Source of the DNA: an uncultured Methanosarcinales archaeon
GTDB taxonomy: Archaea > Nanobdellota > Nanobdellia > Woesearchaeales > DATDXC01
DNA length: 41,251 nucleotides
Direction of reading: 5' to 3'
NCBI GenBank assembly: GCA_964447875.1
Contig: CAYUUQ010000001.1
Location: 1 to 41,251, forward strand
The notes beneath the pieces are model-generated. The model saw only the letters and a program-made list of their open reading frames with translations, searched no databases and was not told the origin of the DNA. Made by a program: the position numbers and the translations under genes. Position 1 is the stretch's first letter. Each line of letters starts with the position of its first letter. Shown here one piece after another: positions 1-9,058 of this stretch.

Positions 1-98
1 TGAATATTGTAATCTATTTAATAGTATGAAACAAGAATGTATACAATACTTTAAAAGTTATTTTACAGAAGTAGTCTAATGATTAGAAAAGAATTTAA

Positions 99-1553
99 TT
101 ATGTTTTTCTTGTTAAACTTTCGTAAAAATCTTTTATTTGTTTTTCAGGCATACACCTAAAAAATAAGTTTTTCATTCTAAATAATGCGATTGGTCTGTA
201 AAGTGAAGCAAGTTTTTTTATAACCTTTGATTTGATATAGATCCTTGGTTTGGAGTCTATAAAGAGGGAGGTAAAATATAGTCCCTCAAGTAATTTCTTA
301 GTTTTTTCATCTAACCAGTTAGTTTTCACTTTTCTCCAATCATGATCTGCCCAATCTTCGAGGTATGTGGGGGGTAAAAACCCTGCTTGGATAGATTGTT
401 TGAATGATTCGGTTCCGAGATAGGGAACATAGATTGAAAAAAATTTAATTATAGAATTTGGATTATCTTTTATGAGTTTAAGGGCCAAATTAACACTTTC
501 TTTTAAGTCTTTAGTGGTCTCCATAGGAAATCCACACATAAAATTATGTTCAAGCCTAATAGGATAGTCACTGATTCTTTTATTGAACTGATATATATGA
601 TTTAAGTTGTTTTTTTTATTAAGGGAATTTAGTATTTTCTTAGATCCAGACTCTGTTCCAATTTGCATACTAATACAACCACTTTTAACAAGCAGTTCCA
701 TGAATTCTGAATCAATTTGAGATAGTGCTAAAGAGGTGAGACCTTGACATTCCCAGCTTAAGTTATAATCACAGAGCTTTTGAATAATTTCCTTTGCTCG
801 TTTGATATTGACAAAAAAATTGTCGTCTTGTATATTAATATGTTCTATCTTATTGGATTGATTTAATAAATCTTCCAATTCTTTAATAAAGTTAGATGGA
901 CTCATAGATCTCCAACAATTATTATTCACTGTATTATAACAGTAGCTACATTTGTTGGGGCAACCTCTTGAAGAGAAAATATTTATAGCAAGCTTGTCAT
1001 CCTTTGTGGTAAGGTAATCATCTAGATTTATTATACCATAAGGTATTTTGGGTAGTTTATTTAAATCTAAAAATGGTCTTTTATTGTTGGTATAGATTTT
1101 TCCTTGCTTTTTGAAAGATATGCCTAAAATATTCTTTAAATCGTTTTTATGGTCAAGACATTTAACTAATTCATAAAAAGTAAGTTCTCCTTCCCCCCTA
1201 ACGACTATATCTATATTTTTGTTTTTCAATGTTTGTTCTGGTAATATGGTTGGATGAATTCCGCCCCATATAACAGGGATATTTGATTCTTTCTTTATAA
1301 AAGCTGAGGCGGATAGTGCATGATTTATTTGTGGTCCTGTCATTGATGTTGTGGCAAAACAAATTGGATTTTTATTTAATTCTTTTTTTAATGCGCCCCT
1401 CCAATTTTTATTAAGCCTTTCATCTATTAATTTTATACTATACTCCTTATTTACGAATCTTGAAGCACTTAGTAAACCCAAAGGTATATGTGGTGTGTTT
1501 ATACAAGACCAATCACCACCAATTGAAGGTAGAAATAATATTAAGTCTGCCAT
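99..1553 (-). CDS. Class B (cobalamin-binding domain) radical SAM enzyme
   Basis: 484-aa ORF. N-terminal B12-binding-type region (IPLGLLSASRF, VIWGGIHPT, VVRGEGELT) is followed by FSSRGCPNKCSYC, a CxxxCxxC cluster motif. ATG start, TAA stop. Confidence 0.85.
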   Translation of the reverse strand: MADLILFLPSIGGDWSCINTPHIPLGLLSASRFVNKEYSIKLIDERLNKNWRGALKKELNKNPICFATTSMTGPQINHALSASAFIKKESNIPVIWGGIHPTILPEQTLKNKNIDIVVRGEGELTFYELVKCLDHKNDLKNILGISFKKQGKIYTNNKRPFLDLNKLPKIPYGIINLDDYLTTKDDKLAINIFSSRGCPNKCSYCYNTVNNNCWRSMSPSNFIKELEDLLNQSNKIEHINIQDDNFFVNIKRAKEIIQKLCDYNLSWECQGLTSLALSQIDSEFMELLVKSGCISMQIGTESGSKKILNSLNKKNNLNHIYQFNKRISDYPIRLEHNFMCGFPMETTKDLKESVNLALKLIKDNPNSIIKFFSIYVPYLGTESFKQSIQAGFLPPTYLEDWADHDWRKVKTNWLDEKTKKLLEGLYFTSLFIDSKPRIYIKSKVIKKLASLYRPIALFRMKNLFFRCMPEKQIKDFYESLTRKT

Positions 1554-1593
1554 TTTAGTTTCTAATTAAATTTATAACCAAAAAACTTATTTT

Positions 1594-3261
1594 TTATGTT
1601 ATATTATTATTTTCTAACTCAAAGATTTTTATGTATTTAACTCTTTTTCCTGTTGGATATATAAATGTTCTTTTCAATTTTGAAGAATTTATGAACTTAG
1701 TTAGGTAAATTGAAGAATTATCAACATATTCTAACTCAAGGGTATTATAATAAATAACATCAAACTTTTCTTTGTTTGAAGGTGATGGCCAAATAACATC
1801 CATATTAGTGTGAGTGTAACCAAAATAAGGATATTTCAGGAAGAAATAGGCAATACCACCTACAACTATTGTCCTATTCGTATAATTATTATTTAAATAG
1901 TCTATCGATTCCTTATATATTTTTGTAATTTTTAAATATTCTAAGTTTGTTTCCTCAAAATCTTCAGGAGAATATGGTTCATGAAGAACAGGATGAAAAT
2001 ATTGAGAGATAAATATAATTATTATTAAGAAAGTAATAAAATAAGAATATTTCTTAAACAAATTACATAAGTAATTAGCAGCTATTATCATGAAAAATAT
2101 TAAAAATGGTAGTATGTGTCTTAATCGAAATTCTATGTTTGTAAGTACAAAAAAAGAAGATATAGTCAATAGAAATATTAAAATTGTAAATTTCCTAACC
2201 CTATTTTGATTAAACTCAATTATCTTTTCTTTAAAACCTAATAAATAAAACAAAAGTCCCAGATAAAAGAAAGGCATAGAAATTAAGATCCATGTAGTTA
2301 TTATACAATACAAAAAAGAAAGAGAACCGAGGATAATAAATGTTGTTTTCATTTCAAATTTGCTCTTTAAGAAATCTTGAGTAATCCCCAATAATATGAT
2401 TAGGAATGGAATCCACATAAAATGTTCAAATAAAAAACTCCAAGAATTAATAAATATCTTGTTTAATAAAGGATGTATCCCTAAAAACATAAATGACCGT
2501 GAACTAAACCAAAACCAACCAAATACTAGGTAATGAAAAAAAATCCAAGAAAAAAATAATACTAATGGAATTGTATAGATTAAATTCTTTTTAATATTCT
2601 TAAGAATGCTGCCTTTATAACTATCGATGAATTTATATAAAAAAAGGAAAGGGAATAATATTACTGTAAATTCGTTTGTTAATAACATTAATGAACTAAA
2701 AACTAAAAATGGCTTTCCTTTTTTTCTAATTAGATAGTAGACTGTTGCAGATAAGATAGTGGAAGTAATTATAGACAGGTTTAAGAGACCTGACTGAGCA
2801 AAATATATTGGTGAGAAAAATACTAAAAGAGATGCTATTAATCCAACTTTTTTATTGAATAAATAATTTCCTATTTTATAAATAAAAAATAAATTAATGG
2901 CTGATAGAAGCAAAATAACTATCCTATGTGTGATTACCTTAATACCAAAAATTTTATAAAAAAATCCGATTAGTAAAAAGAGAATGGGTGGATGCATACC
3001 ATCTCCAAAAAGTTCTTCTTGTTTTGAAAGTTCTTCCAAACTTGCGTGGTCTTTAGTTAATTCACCATGTTTATTTAAGTCCCCACCTATAAATGGATTT
3101 AAATTATGATTAGCAATCCATACGCTGTTAGGCATATAAAAAAAATCGTCTCCATAACTAAGGTTATCTACAAAAGGTAGCCTGATTATCATGATTAACA
3201 AAATGTAGAATAATAACAGTTTGTTGTCAGATAAAGATTGGCATACTTTCTTATATATCAT
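1594..3261 (-). CDS. Polytopic membrane protein, GT-C fold glycosyltransferase-like (PMT_2/ArnT-like)
   Basis: 555-aa ORF, almost entirely hydrophobic helices. Acidic motif YGDDFFY lies in the first loop after TM1, and an HPPILF motif resembles that of PMT_2/ArnT-type enzymes. C-terminal soluble domain of about 100 aa. Co-directional with the rSAM at 99..1553. Confidence 0.6.
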   Translation of the reverse strand: MIYKKVCQSLSDNKLLLFYILLIMIIRLPFVDNLSYGDDFFYMPNSVWIANHNLNPFIGGDLNKHGELTKDHASLEELSKQEELFGDGMHPPILFLLIGFFYKIFGIKVITHRIVILLLSAINLFFIYKIGNYLFNKKVGLIASLLVFFSPIYFAQSGLLNLSIITSTILSATVYYLIRKKGKPFLVFSSLMLLTNEFTVILFPFLFLYKFIDSYKGSILKNIKKNLIYTIPLVLFFSWIFFHYLVFGWFWFSSRSFMFLGIHPLLNKIFINSWSFLFEHFMWIPFLIILLGITQDFLKSKFEMKTTFIILGSLSFLYCIITTWILISMPFFYLGLLFYLLGFKEKIIEFNQNRVRKFTILIFLLTISSFFVLTNIEFRLRHILPFLIFFMIIAANYLCNLFKKYSYFITFLIIIIFISQYFHPVLHEPYSPEDFEETNLEYLKITKIYKESIDYLNNNYTNRTIVVGGIAYFFLKYPYFGYTHTNMDVIWPSPSNKEKFDVIYYNTLELEYVDNSSIYLTKFINSSKLKRTFIYPTGKRVKYIKIFELENNNIT

Positions 3262-3385
3262 ATTAGATTATAACCCCACTAAGATAAAAATGGGCAGGAT
3301 GTTAATAAAATTATCTAATTTATGTGAATTTTAAACATGAAAAAAATTCCAGTATATCAAAGATTATTAAGCATAAGTAATATAT

Positions 3386-4477
3386 ATGGGTGATAATCTT
3401 CATATAAAAAATAAAGTAATTTGTATTAGAATGAAAATAAAGAAAATATTGTTTGGTTTAAGTGTACTTCCCTTGCAACTTAAACATTATCTACTTGGAA
3501 TTTGTTACCCTCTTGATGTTTCTTTTAGTATAACTCATAGATGTAATAATAAATGTAGATACTGTAAAATTGAAAAAAATTTAAAATGTGAGGAATTAAA
3601 AACTAATCAAATAATTAGTATGATTGATGAATTGAAAAAAAATGGATTAAAAAGGCTGAGCATTACTGGTGGTGACCCCTTATTAAGGGGAGATATCAAA
3701 GAGATAATTGATTATTGCCATTTAAGGAACATATTTATATCTTTAGGAACTAATGGTAAACTTGTCCCAAAAAGGGTTTCAGAATTAAAAAATTTAGATG
3801 CCTTGGTGTTTAGTTTAGATGGTCCTAAAAAAGTGCATGACTTTTTGAGAGGAAATGGTTCTTATGATTCTGTTATTAGGGCTATTAAGGTTGCAAAAAA
3901 ATCTGGATTGAATGTAATAACAAATACAGTTTTAACAAAACAGAATGTTAAGCACTTATCTCACTTGTTTAAAAAATCAGAGGAACTTGGTTTTATGTGC
4001 TCGTTTCAGAGTTTACACCATCCAAGAATCATAGCAGGGGATACAAAAAGATTTCTCCCAAACAAAAAAGAAGTAGATGAAGCTATTCAATATATAAAGA
4101 AACAGAAAGGTATTTTGAAAAATGTTATAAATTCTAAACATTATCTTTCTATTTTAAGTAAGTTAAATGAGTATTGTTTATCAAAAAACCCTTGCAAAAA
4201 AGTTTCTGGAATTTACTTTAGAAAAATAAAATGTTTTGGAGGTAGATTACACTGCCATATAACAGCAAATGGGGATGTATATCCCTGTTCCAAAACTGTG
4301 GGATATGAAAAAACTTATAATTTTTTTGATTTTGATTTTAAAGAAATAACCCGAATGATCCTAGGAAAAAAAAGGTATTGTTCTGCTCTTTGTGGAAATG
4401 TCCTGGAATATAATTTACTTTTTTCTATGGATTTAGATTCTATAACTAATGCTTTTAAATTTATGAAAATAAATTGA
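3386..4477 (+). CDS. Radical SAM enzyme with C-terminal Cys-rich (SPASM/twitch-like) extension
   Basis: ITHRCNNKCRYC (CxxxCxxC), ITGGDPLL (GGE/D SAM motif), C-terminal CFGGRLHCHITANGDVYPC and YCSALC. Paralogue of 13299..14318. The start may instead be the ATG at 3431 (MKIKKILF). Confidence 0.85.
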   Translation: MGDNLHIKNKVICIRMKIKKILFGLSVLPLQLKHYLLGICYPLDVSFSITHRCNNKCRYCKIEKNLKCEELKTNQIISMIDELKKNGLKRLSITGGDPLLRGDIKEIIDYCHLRNIFISLGTNGKLVPKRVSELKNLDALVFSLDGPKKVHDFLRGNGSYDSVIRAIKVAKKSGLNVITNTVLTKQNVKHLSHLFKKSEELGFMCSFQSLHHPRIIAGDTKRFLPNKKEVDEAIQYIKKQKGILKNVINSKHYLSILSKLNEYCLSKNPCKKVSGIYFRKIKCFGGRLHCHITANGDVYPCSKTVGYEKTYNFFDFDFKEITRMILGKKRYCSALCGNVLEYNLLFSMDLDSITNAFKFMKIN

Positions 4478-4581
4478 AACCTGAAAGTTTTGAAATAACA
4501 GAATCAAAATTAATTTAAACTGTTGATGATTTATTTACTTTTTTGTTGATATAATTCATTAAATGGATTTTTAATAATACG

Positions 4582-5313
4582 ATGAAAAGAGCAGGGCTAT
4601 TTATTCCGATATATAATGAAGAGAGAATACTATATAAGAATATTTTGAAAATTCATCAAGAAATAAAAAAACAAAAATTAAAAGTGAATATCTACCTAGT
4701 TGATGATAATTCTAAAGATAACTCCATCTCAAAAGTAAGGCGCCTGATAAGTGTAATCCCCAATCTGCACTACATAAGGTGTAAAGACGGACCATCTAGA
4801 AGGGAAAATCTTAGTAAGGTTATGAGTAAAGCAAAAGAGAAGTATATCTTATTTATGGACTTAGATCTATCTACGAACATACATCATTTAAAGGAAGCGT
4901 TTGTTTTATTATCTAGCGGCCATATGATAGTAATAGGAAATAGATATTCCAAAAAATCAAAGTTAAAAAGGAGACTAGTAAGGTTACTCATAAGTAGAGC
5001 ATATAACCTAATAATAAATATATTCTTCGATTCGAAACTAAAAGATCATCAATGTGGCTTTAAAGGTTTTGAAAGAAATACTTTTAAAAAGATAGTTAGA
5101 ATAATGGGTTATGATAAATCAAAAAGTAGGGGCTGGTTTTGGGATGCTGAATTATTAATCATAGCTAAGAAAATGGATATAAAAATAATTGAGTTAGGAG
5201 TTGGTTGGGAAGAAAGTAAGAAAAGTAGTTTTAATTTTATACGTGAGATAAGGATGATCCCACATATTATATTTAAATTACCTAAAATAATGAAAAAGAT
5301 AAAAAAGAATTAG
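4582..5313 (+). CDS. GT2 family glycosyltransferase, polyprenyl-phosphate sugar synthase-like (DPM1/ArnC/GtrB-like)
   Basis: FIPIYNEE, VDDNSKDNS and FMDLDLS (DxD-type) motifs. Its 243 aa with no TM domain fits the small polyprenyl-P sugar synthase class. Confidence 0.8.
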   Translation: MKRAGLFIPIYNEERILYKNILKIHQEIKKQKLKVNIYLVDDNSKDNSISKVRRLISVIPNLHYIRCKDGPSRRENLSKVMSKAKEKYILFMDLDLSTNIHHLKEAFVLLSSGHMIVIGNRYSKKSKLKRRLVRLLISRAYNLIINIFFDSKLKDHQCGFKGFERNTFKKIVRIMGYDKSKSRGWFWDAELLIIAKKMDIKIIELGVGWEESKKSSFNFIREIRMIPHIIFKLPKIMKKIKKN

Positions 5314-5454
5314 TTACTTTTTCTTCGTCTTATCCGCTAGTTTATTTAATATTTCTAATAGTTCTTTTTTACATCTATATAACTCATATGCTGCAATTAA
5401 GATTCCTATGGCTATAGGTAATTGCGTCCATATTATTGCTGATACTGTATCCAT
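5314..5454 (-). CDS. Candidate small single-TM protein (46 aa), absent from the ORF track
   Basis: Hand translation gives MDTVSAIIWTQLPIAIGILIAAYELYRCKKELLEILNKLADKTKKK, one hydrophobic helix plus a Lys-rich tail. Its ATG lies 1 nt after the stop of the preceding small ORF. Together the pair fills an otherwise empty 320-nt gap. Confidence 0.3.
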   Translation of the reverse strand: MDTVSAIIWTQLPIAIGILIAAYELYRCKKELLEILNKLADKTKKK

Positions 5455-5455
5455 T

Positions 5456-5581
5456 TTATTTTAAAAGACTATTTTTAATTCTTTTTAAATCTTTCCTAAA
5501 TTTTTTAATGAAGATTATACCTAAGATTATTACTAGAATATAAATAATGTGAGTTATGATCAATGCATTTCCAGTAATCAT
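5456..5581 (-). CDS. Candidate small single-TM protein (41 aa), absent from the ORF track
   Basis: Hand translation gives MITGNALIITHIIYILVIILGIIFIKKFRKDLKRIKNSLLK, a hydrophobic helix plus a basic tail (positive-inside pattern). The ATG at 5581 lies about 25 nt from the centre of the palindromic TATA-like element. Confidence 0.3.
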   Translation of the reverse strand: MITGNALIITHIIYILVIILGIIFIKKFRKDLKRIKNSLLK

Positions 5582-5600
5582 TCTAACTGTATACTAGGTA

Positions 5601-5612
5601 ATATTTAAATAT
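5601..5612. promoter_or_regulatory. Palindromic TATA-like element ATATTTAAATAT between divergent start codons
   Basis: Perfect 12-nt palindrome centred 27.5 nt upstream of the ATG at 5634 and 25.5 nt upstream of the minus-strand ATG at 5581. This spacing fits archaeal TATA boxes on leaderless genes. Caveat: AT-rich DNA produces TATA-like strings by chance. Confidence 0.3.
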
Positions 5613-5633
5613 TTTACTAATATTACTTATATT

Positions 5634-6413
5634 ATGAAAGATATAATAATGACTATTGACTTCGAATGTAATTTTAAGAGTAAAGAATCGATAGAAAATA
5701 ACTTAAAAAAAGTTTTGAATATATTTGATAAGTATAATGTTAATTCTACTTTTTTTATTGTTGGTAAATTAATAGAAAAATATATTGATATAATTAAGAT
5801 AATACCTAAAAAATATGAAATTGCTGCACATGGATTTAAGCATGTGGCACTAAATAGAATAAATGAAAAAGAAATACAAAAAGAGGTCGTGTTTTCAAAA
5901 AAAAGTATTTTAAAACTAAGAAAAGAATGTTTAGGATTTAGGGCACCATATAATATTATACATCCATTATTACCCCAAATATTAAAAAAAGAAGGATTTA
6001 TTTATGATTCATCTATTTGTAGATCATTTTATCCTGGAAGGTATAATAATAGGAGAGTATCGAATCAGCCCTATATAGCGTCCGCAAATCTAAAAAATAA
6101 AGGTAATTTTATTCTAGAGTTTCCAATATCTAGTTATTCTGCACTTAAATTACCATTTGGTTTGTCTTTTATTAAAGCATTCGAAAATTTATATCCATTA
6201 AACAAAATAGAAAATAATTCTGTATTTTATATGCATGATTATGATATAAACAGTAAGAATTATCCGAAAGATGTTTCATTTTTTACAAAGATTTTTTTAA
6301 ATAAGAATAAAAAAAGTGGTTTAAGAATTTTAAAGCAAATTTTAGAAAGTGATTATAATTTTATTTCATGTAAAGACTATATCAAAATAAAATACCCTAA
6401 GTTGCTGAATTGA
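5634..6413 (+). CDS. Polysaccharide deacetylase (CE4 / NodB-homology domain, ArnD-like)
   Basis: IMTIDFE, FFIVGKLIEKY, EIAAHGFKHV and LGFRAPY motifs appear in the order expected for NodB-homology deacetylases. Confidence 0.7.
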   Translation: MKDIIMTIDFECNFKSKESIENNLKKVLNIFDKYNVNSTFFIVGKLIEKYIDIIKIIPKKYEIAAHGFKHVALNRINEKEIQKEVVFSKKSILKLRKECLGFRAPYNIIHPLLPQILKKEGFIYDSSICRSFYPGRYNNRRVSNQPYIASANLKNKGNFILEFPISSYSALKLPFGLSFIKAFENLYPLNKIENNSVFYMHDYDINSKNYPKDVSFFTKIFLNKNKKSGLRILKQILESDYNFISCKDYIKIKYPKLLN

Positions 6414-6417
6414 TAGA

Positions 6418-7329
6418 CTATTTTTTTACAATTTTATTAGAGATTACTAAAAAGATAAGTCCGATAAATGATGTGAACCATAAGGTCAAAAACCTTAAAA
6501 CTAGAATTAAAACTGTTGCTAATGAAACATCCATATACAATGAAAGCAAAGCTATGCTACCTCCCTCTACGATACCTATCCCCCCAGGAACCATGGATAA
6601 AGCTCCAGCTACTAAGGAAAATAAATAAATGGAAAATATTCCAAAAAAAGAAAAATCTATACTCAAATCTTGTAATATAAAAAATAATGCTCCGCCCATA
6701 CATAAATAGTGTAAAAATGTAAGTAATAGGGATAAAGATAAAATCTTGTTACTCATGAGGGATTTAGAAGAATTAAATGCTTTTTTTAGAGATTTAATTG
6801 GTTTAAAAGAAAACTTCTTGATTAGAAATGATATTATATTTAAATATAATCTTGGTTTTTTTAGAGAAAAATAAAGGATTAAAAATATAAAAATTAAATA
6901 AATTGCTAGATTTGTTTTACCCAAAATAAAAAGAAATGGCGAGCAGAGAATTAAAATAACAAAAAAATTAGTTAGATTTGAGATAAAATGAATTGGAACT
7001 GATGAAGTAAATGATACTCCTTCTTTTTTAATGAAATAGTATCTTATTAGTTCTCCAGATTTTGATGGCATAAATCCAAAAGCAAATCCTGACATGAAAA
7101 AAGCTATGTTTTTATAGAGATCTAATGAAATGTTGAGTTCTTTTAAATAGAAGGACCAGCGAATAAACTCAAAGAGAATCGCAAATAAAACAAAAAGTAA
7201 AGATATTAAAAAATAAGGTAAAGATAACATTTTTAAGTTTTCTAAAATATCTTCTATACCTATAAACTTTAAAATTAGAAAATAGATGATTACCGCAAAT
7301 AATAAAAAGTAGTGTGCTTTTTTGTTCAT
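6418..7329 (-). CDS. Flippase-like integral membrane protein (lysyl-PG synthase TM region / UPF0104-like)
   Basis: 303 aa with about 8 TM helices. The C-terminal GALSMVPGGIGIVEGGSIALL motif is typical of this family, which commonly neighbours GT2 genes. Confidence 0.6.
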   Translation of the reverse strand: MNKKAHYFLLFAVIIYFLILKFIGIEDILENLKMLSLPYFLISLLFVLFAILFEFIRWSFYLKELNISLDLYKNIAFFMSGFAFGFMPSKSGELIRYYFIKKEGVSFTSSVPIHFISNLTNFFVILILCSPFLFILGKTNLAIYLIFIFLILYFSLKKPRLYLNIISFLIKKFSFKPIKSLKKAFNSSKSLMSNKILSLSLLLTFLHYLCMGGALFFILQDLSIDFSFFGIFSIYLFSLVAGALSMVPGGIGIVEGGSIALLSLYMDVSLATVLILVLRFLTLWFTSFIGLIFLVISNKIVKK

Positions 7330-7342
7330 GTTATGATAAGTA

Positions 7343-9058
7343 ATGAGGGGTTTTAAAAATCTTTTTAAAATGATATTAGGTATATGGGATGGTCATGACT
7401 CTGGAGCAGCAATCATAAAAGATGGAAAAATAGTTGTTGCTGTCAATGAAGAAAGATTCACAAGAAGAAAATTAGAAGTTTTATTCCCTAAGAACTCAAT
7501 TAGATTCTGTTTAAAGAGCCAAGGATTAAATCCTAATGATATAGAAGATGTTGCATATAGCACTTCAGATTTCTCATTAACATTAACAAGAAGGATTCCT
7601 AAAATAAAAGATGATTATTATTATGTCAGAAGAAGGATAAAAAAAAGTGGGATGGATAATATTAATAGAAAAATACTAAATAGGACAGGTAGATTAAGAT
7701 CAAATTATATTTTTCAACTTATATCTAATAATGTATTAAAAAAAGAATTAAATAAACTAGGATTTAATAATTATAAGTTACATTTGGTTGATCACCATCA
7801 GGCTCATGCTGCTACAGCATATCTGGCTTCTGGTATGAATAAAGCTCTGACAATCACTATGGATGGGCTTGGAGATGGACTATCAGCCACAGTAAATGTA
7901 TGTAATGATGGAGATATAGAGAAATTATATGAAATTGGAACAAAAGATTCTTTGGGCCTTTTTTATCAAGAAATCACTGCTTTATTAGGAATGAGAATAC
8001 TTGAAGATGAAGGAAAAGTAATGTGCCTTGCAGATTACTCTGAAAGGATATCTAAAGAAAAGAATATTATGATGGATTTCTTTAAAATTGAGAAAGGTCT
8101 TATAAAATGTAATATTTCTTTAGGTCGTAGGTTTTCTTTGTTAAAAAATATATTAGAGAATAATAAGAAAGAAGTATTTTGTAGAATGGCTCAAGATGTA
8201 TTAGAACATTATTGCCTAAATTGGTTTAAAGAAATCATTAAAATAACAGGAATGAAGAATGTTTGCTTAGCCGGAGGAATTTTTTCAAATATAAAAAATA
8301 ATATGAATCTTATAGATAATTTAGATATTCATAACTGGTTTATATTTCCCCATATGGGAGATGGTGGATTAGCAGTTGGTGCTGCTTTGTTTGTGAGCAA
8401 TATGAAATATGGTACAAAACCATATGCTCTTGATAATATTAATTTTGGACCAGAGTATACTGAAGAAGATGTAAAAAAGTGTTTATCGAATTATAGAAAA
8501 AAAGTTGATTGTTATAAAATAGATGAACCAGCTAAATTTGCAGCAGAAGAAATAAGTAAATCAAAAATAATCTATTGGTTTAATGGTAAAATGGAATATG
8601 GGCCAAGATCATTAGGTAATAGAAGTATTTTGGCTTTACCTTCAAATATGAACCTAAAAGATGATCTTAATAGGATTATAAAGAGGAGAAGCTTATACCA
8701 ACCTTTCTGTCCATCTATATTAGAAAAAGATGCTAAAGAATTATTAGAACCATTCAAAAAAGCGGATCCTTTTATGACTATGGGATATAAGATAAAAGAA
8801 ATAAAAAGAAATTTTTTGGCAGCTGCTCAGAGTGTGGATGGGTCTTGTAGGCCGCAAATTATACCTTCATCTGATGAGGAATACTCTAAGCTATTACGTA
8901 ATGTTAAGAAAGAAATTGGTATTGGGGCTGTTCTAAATACGAGTTTTAATATACATGGTTATCCTTTGGTTATGAGTCCAGAAAATGCTATAGAAACATT
9001 GTTAAGTGCAAGAGAAGGTAAACTAGTTATGGGGAACTTTTTAGTTGAAATAAAATGA
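7343..9058 (+). CDS. Carbamoyltransferase, NodU/CmcH/TobZ family
   Basis: ILGIWDGHDSGAAIIKDGKIVVAVNEERFTRRK, VDHHQAHAATAY, EYGPRSLGNRSILA and LNTSFNIHGYPLV. The family-typical N-terminus suggests the true start is the ATG at 7370 (MILGIWDG). ATGA overlap with the next gene. Confidence 0.9.
   Translation: MRGFKNLFKMILGIWDGHDSGAAIIKDGKIVVAVNEERFTRRKLEVLFPKNSIRFCLKSQGLNPNDIEDVAYSTSDFSLTLTRRIPKIKDDYYYVRRRIKKSGMDNINRKILNRTGRLRSNYIFQLISNNVLKKELNKLGFNNYKLHLVDHHQAHAATAYLASGMNKALTITMDGLGDGLSATVNVCNDGDIEKLYEIGTKDSLGLFYQEITALLGMRILEDEGKVMCLADYSERISKEKNIMMDFFKIEKGLIKCNISLGRRFSLLKNILENNKKEVFCRMAQDVLEHYCLNWFKEIIKITGMKNVCLAGGIFSNIKNNMNLIDNLDIHNWFIFPHMGDGGLAVGAALFVSNMKYGTKPYALDNINFGPEYTEEDVKKCLSNYRKKVDCYKIDEPAKFAAEEISKSKIIYWFNGKMEYGPRSLGNRSILALPSNMNLKDDLNRIIKRRSLYQPFCPSILEKDAKELLEPFKKADPFMTMGYKIKEIKRNFLAAAQSVDGSCRPQIIPSSDEEYSKLLRNVKKEIGIGAVLNTSFNIHGYPLVMSPENAIETLLSAREGKLVMGNFLVEIK

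Noticed and set aside
2-79. Possible 3-prime end of a plus-strand gene entering from the left (..EYCNLFNSMKQECIQYFKSYFTEVV-TAA).
   Set aside because: Only 25 codons are visible. An open stretch this short has a substantial chance of occurring randomly, and no motif is diagnostic.
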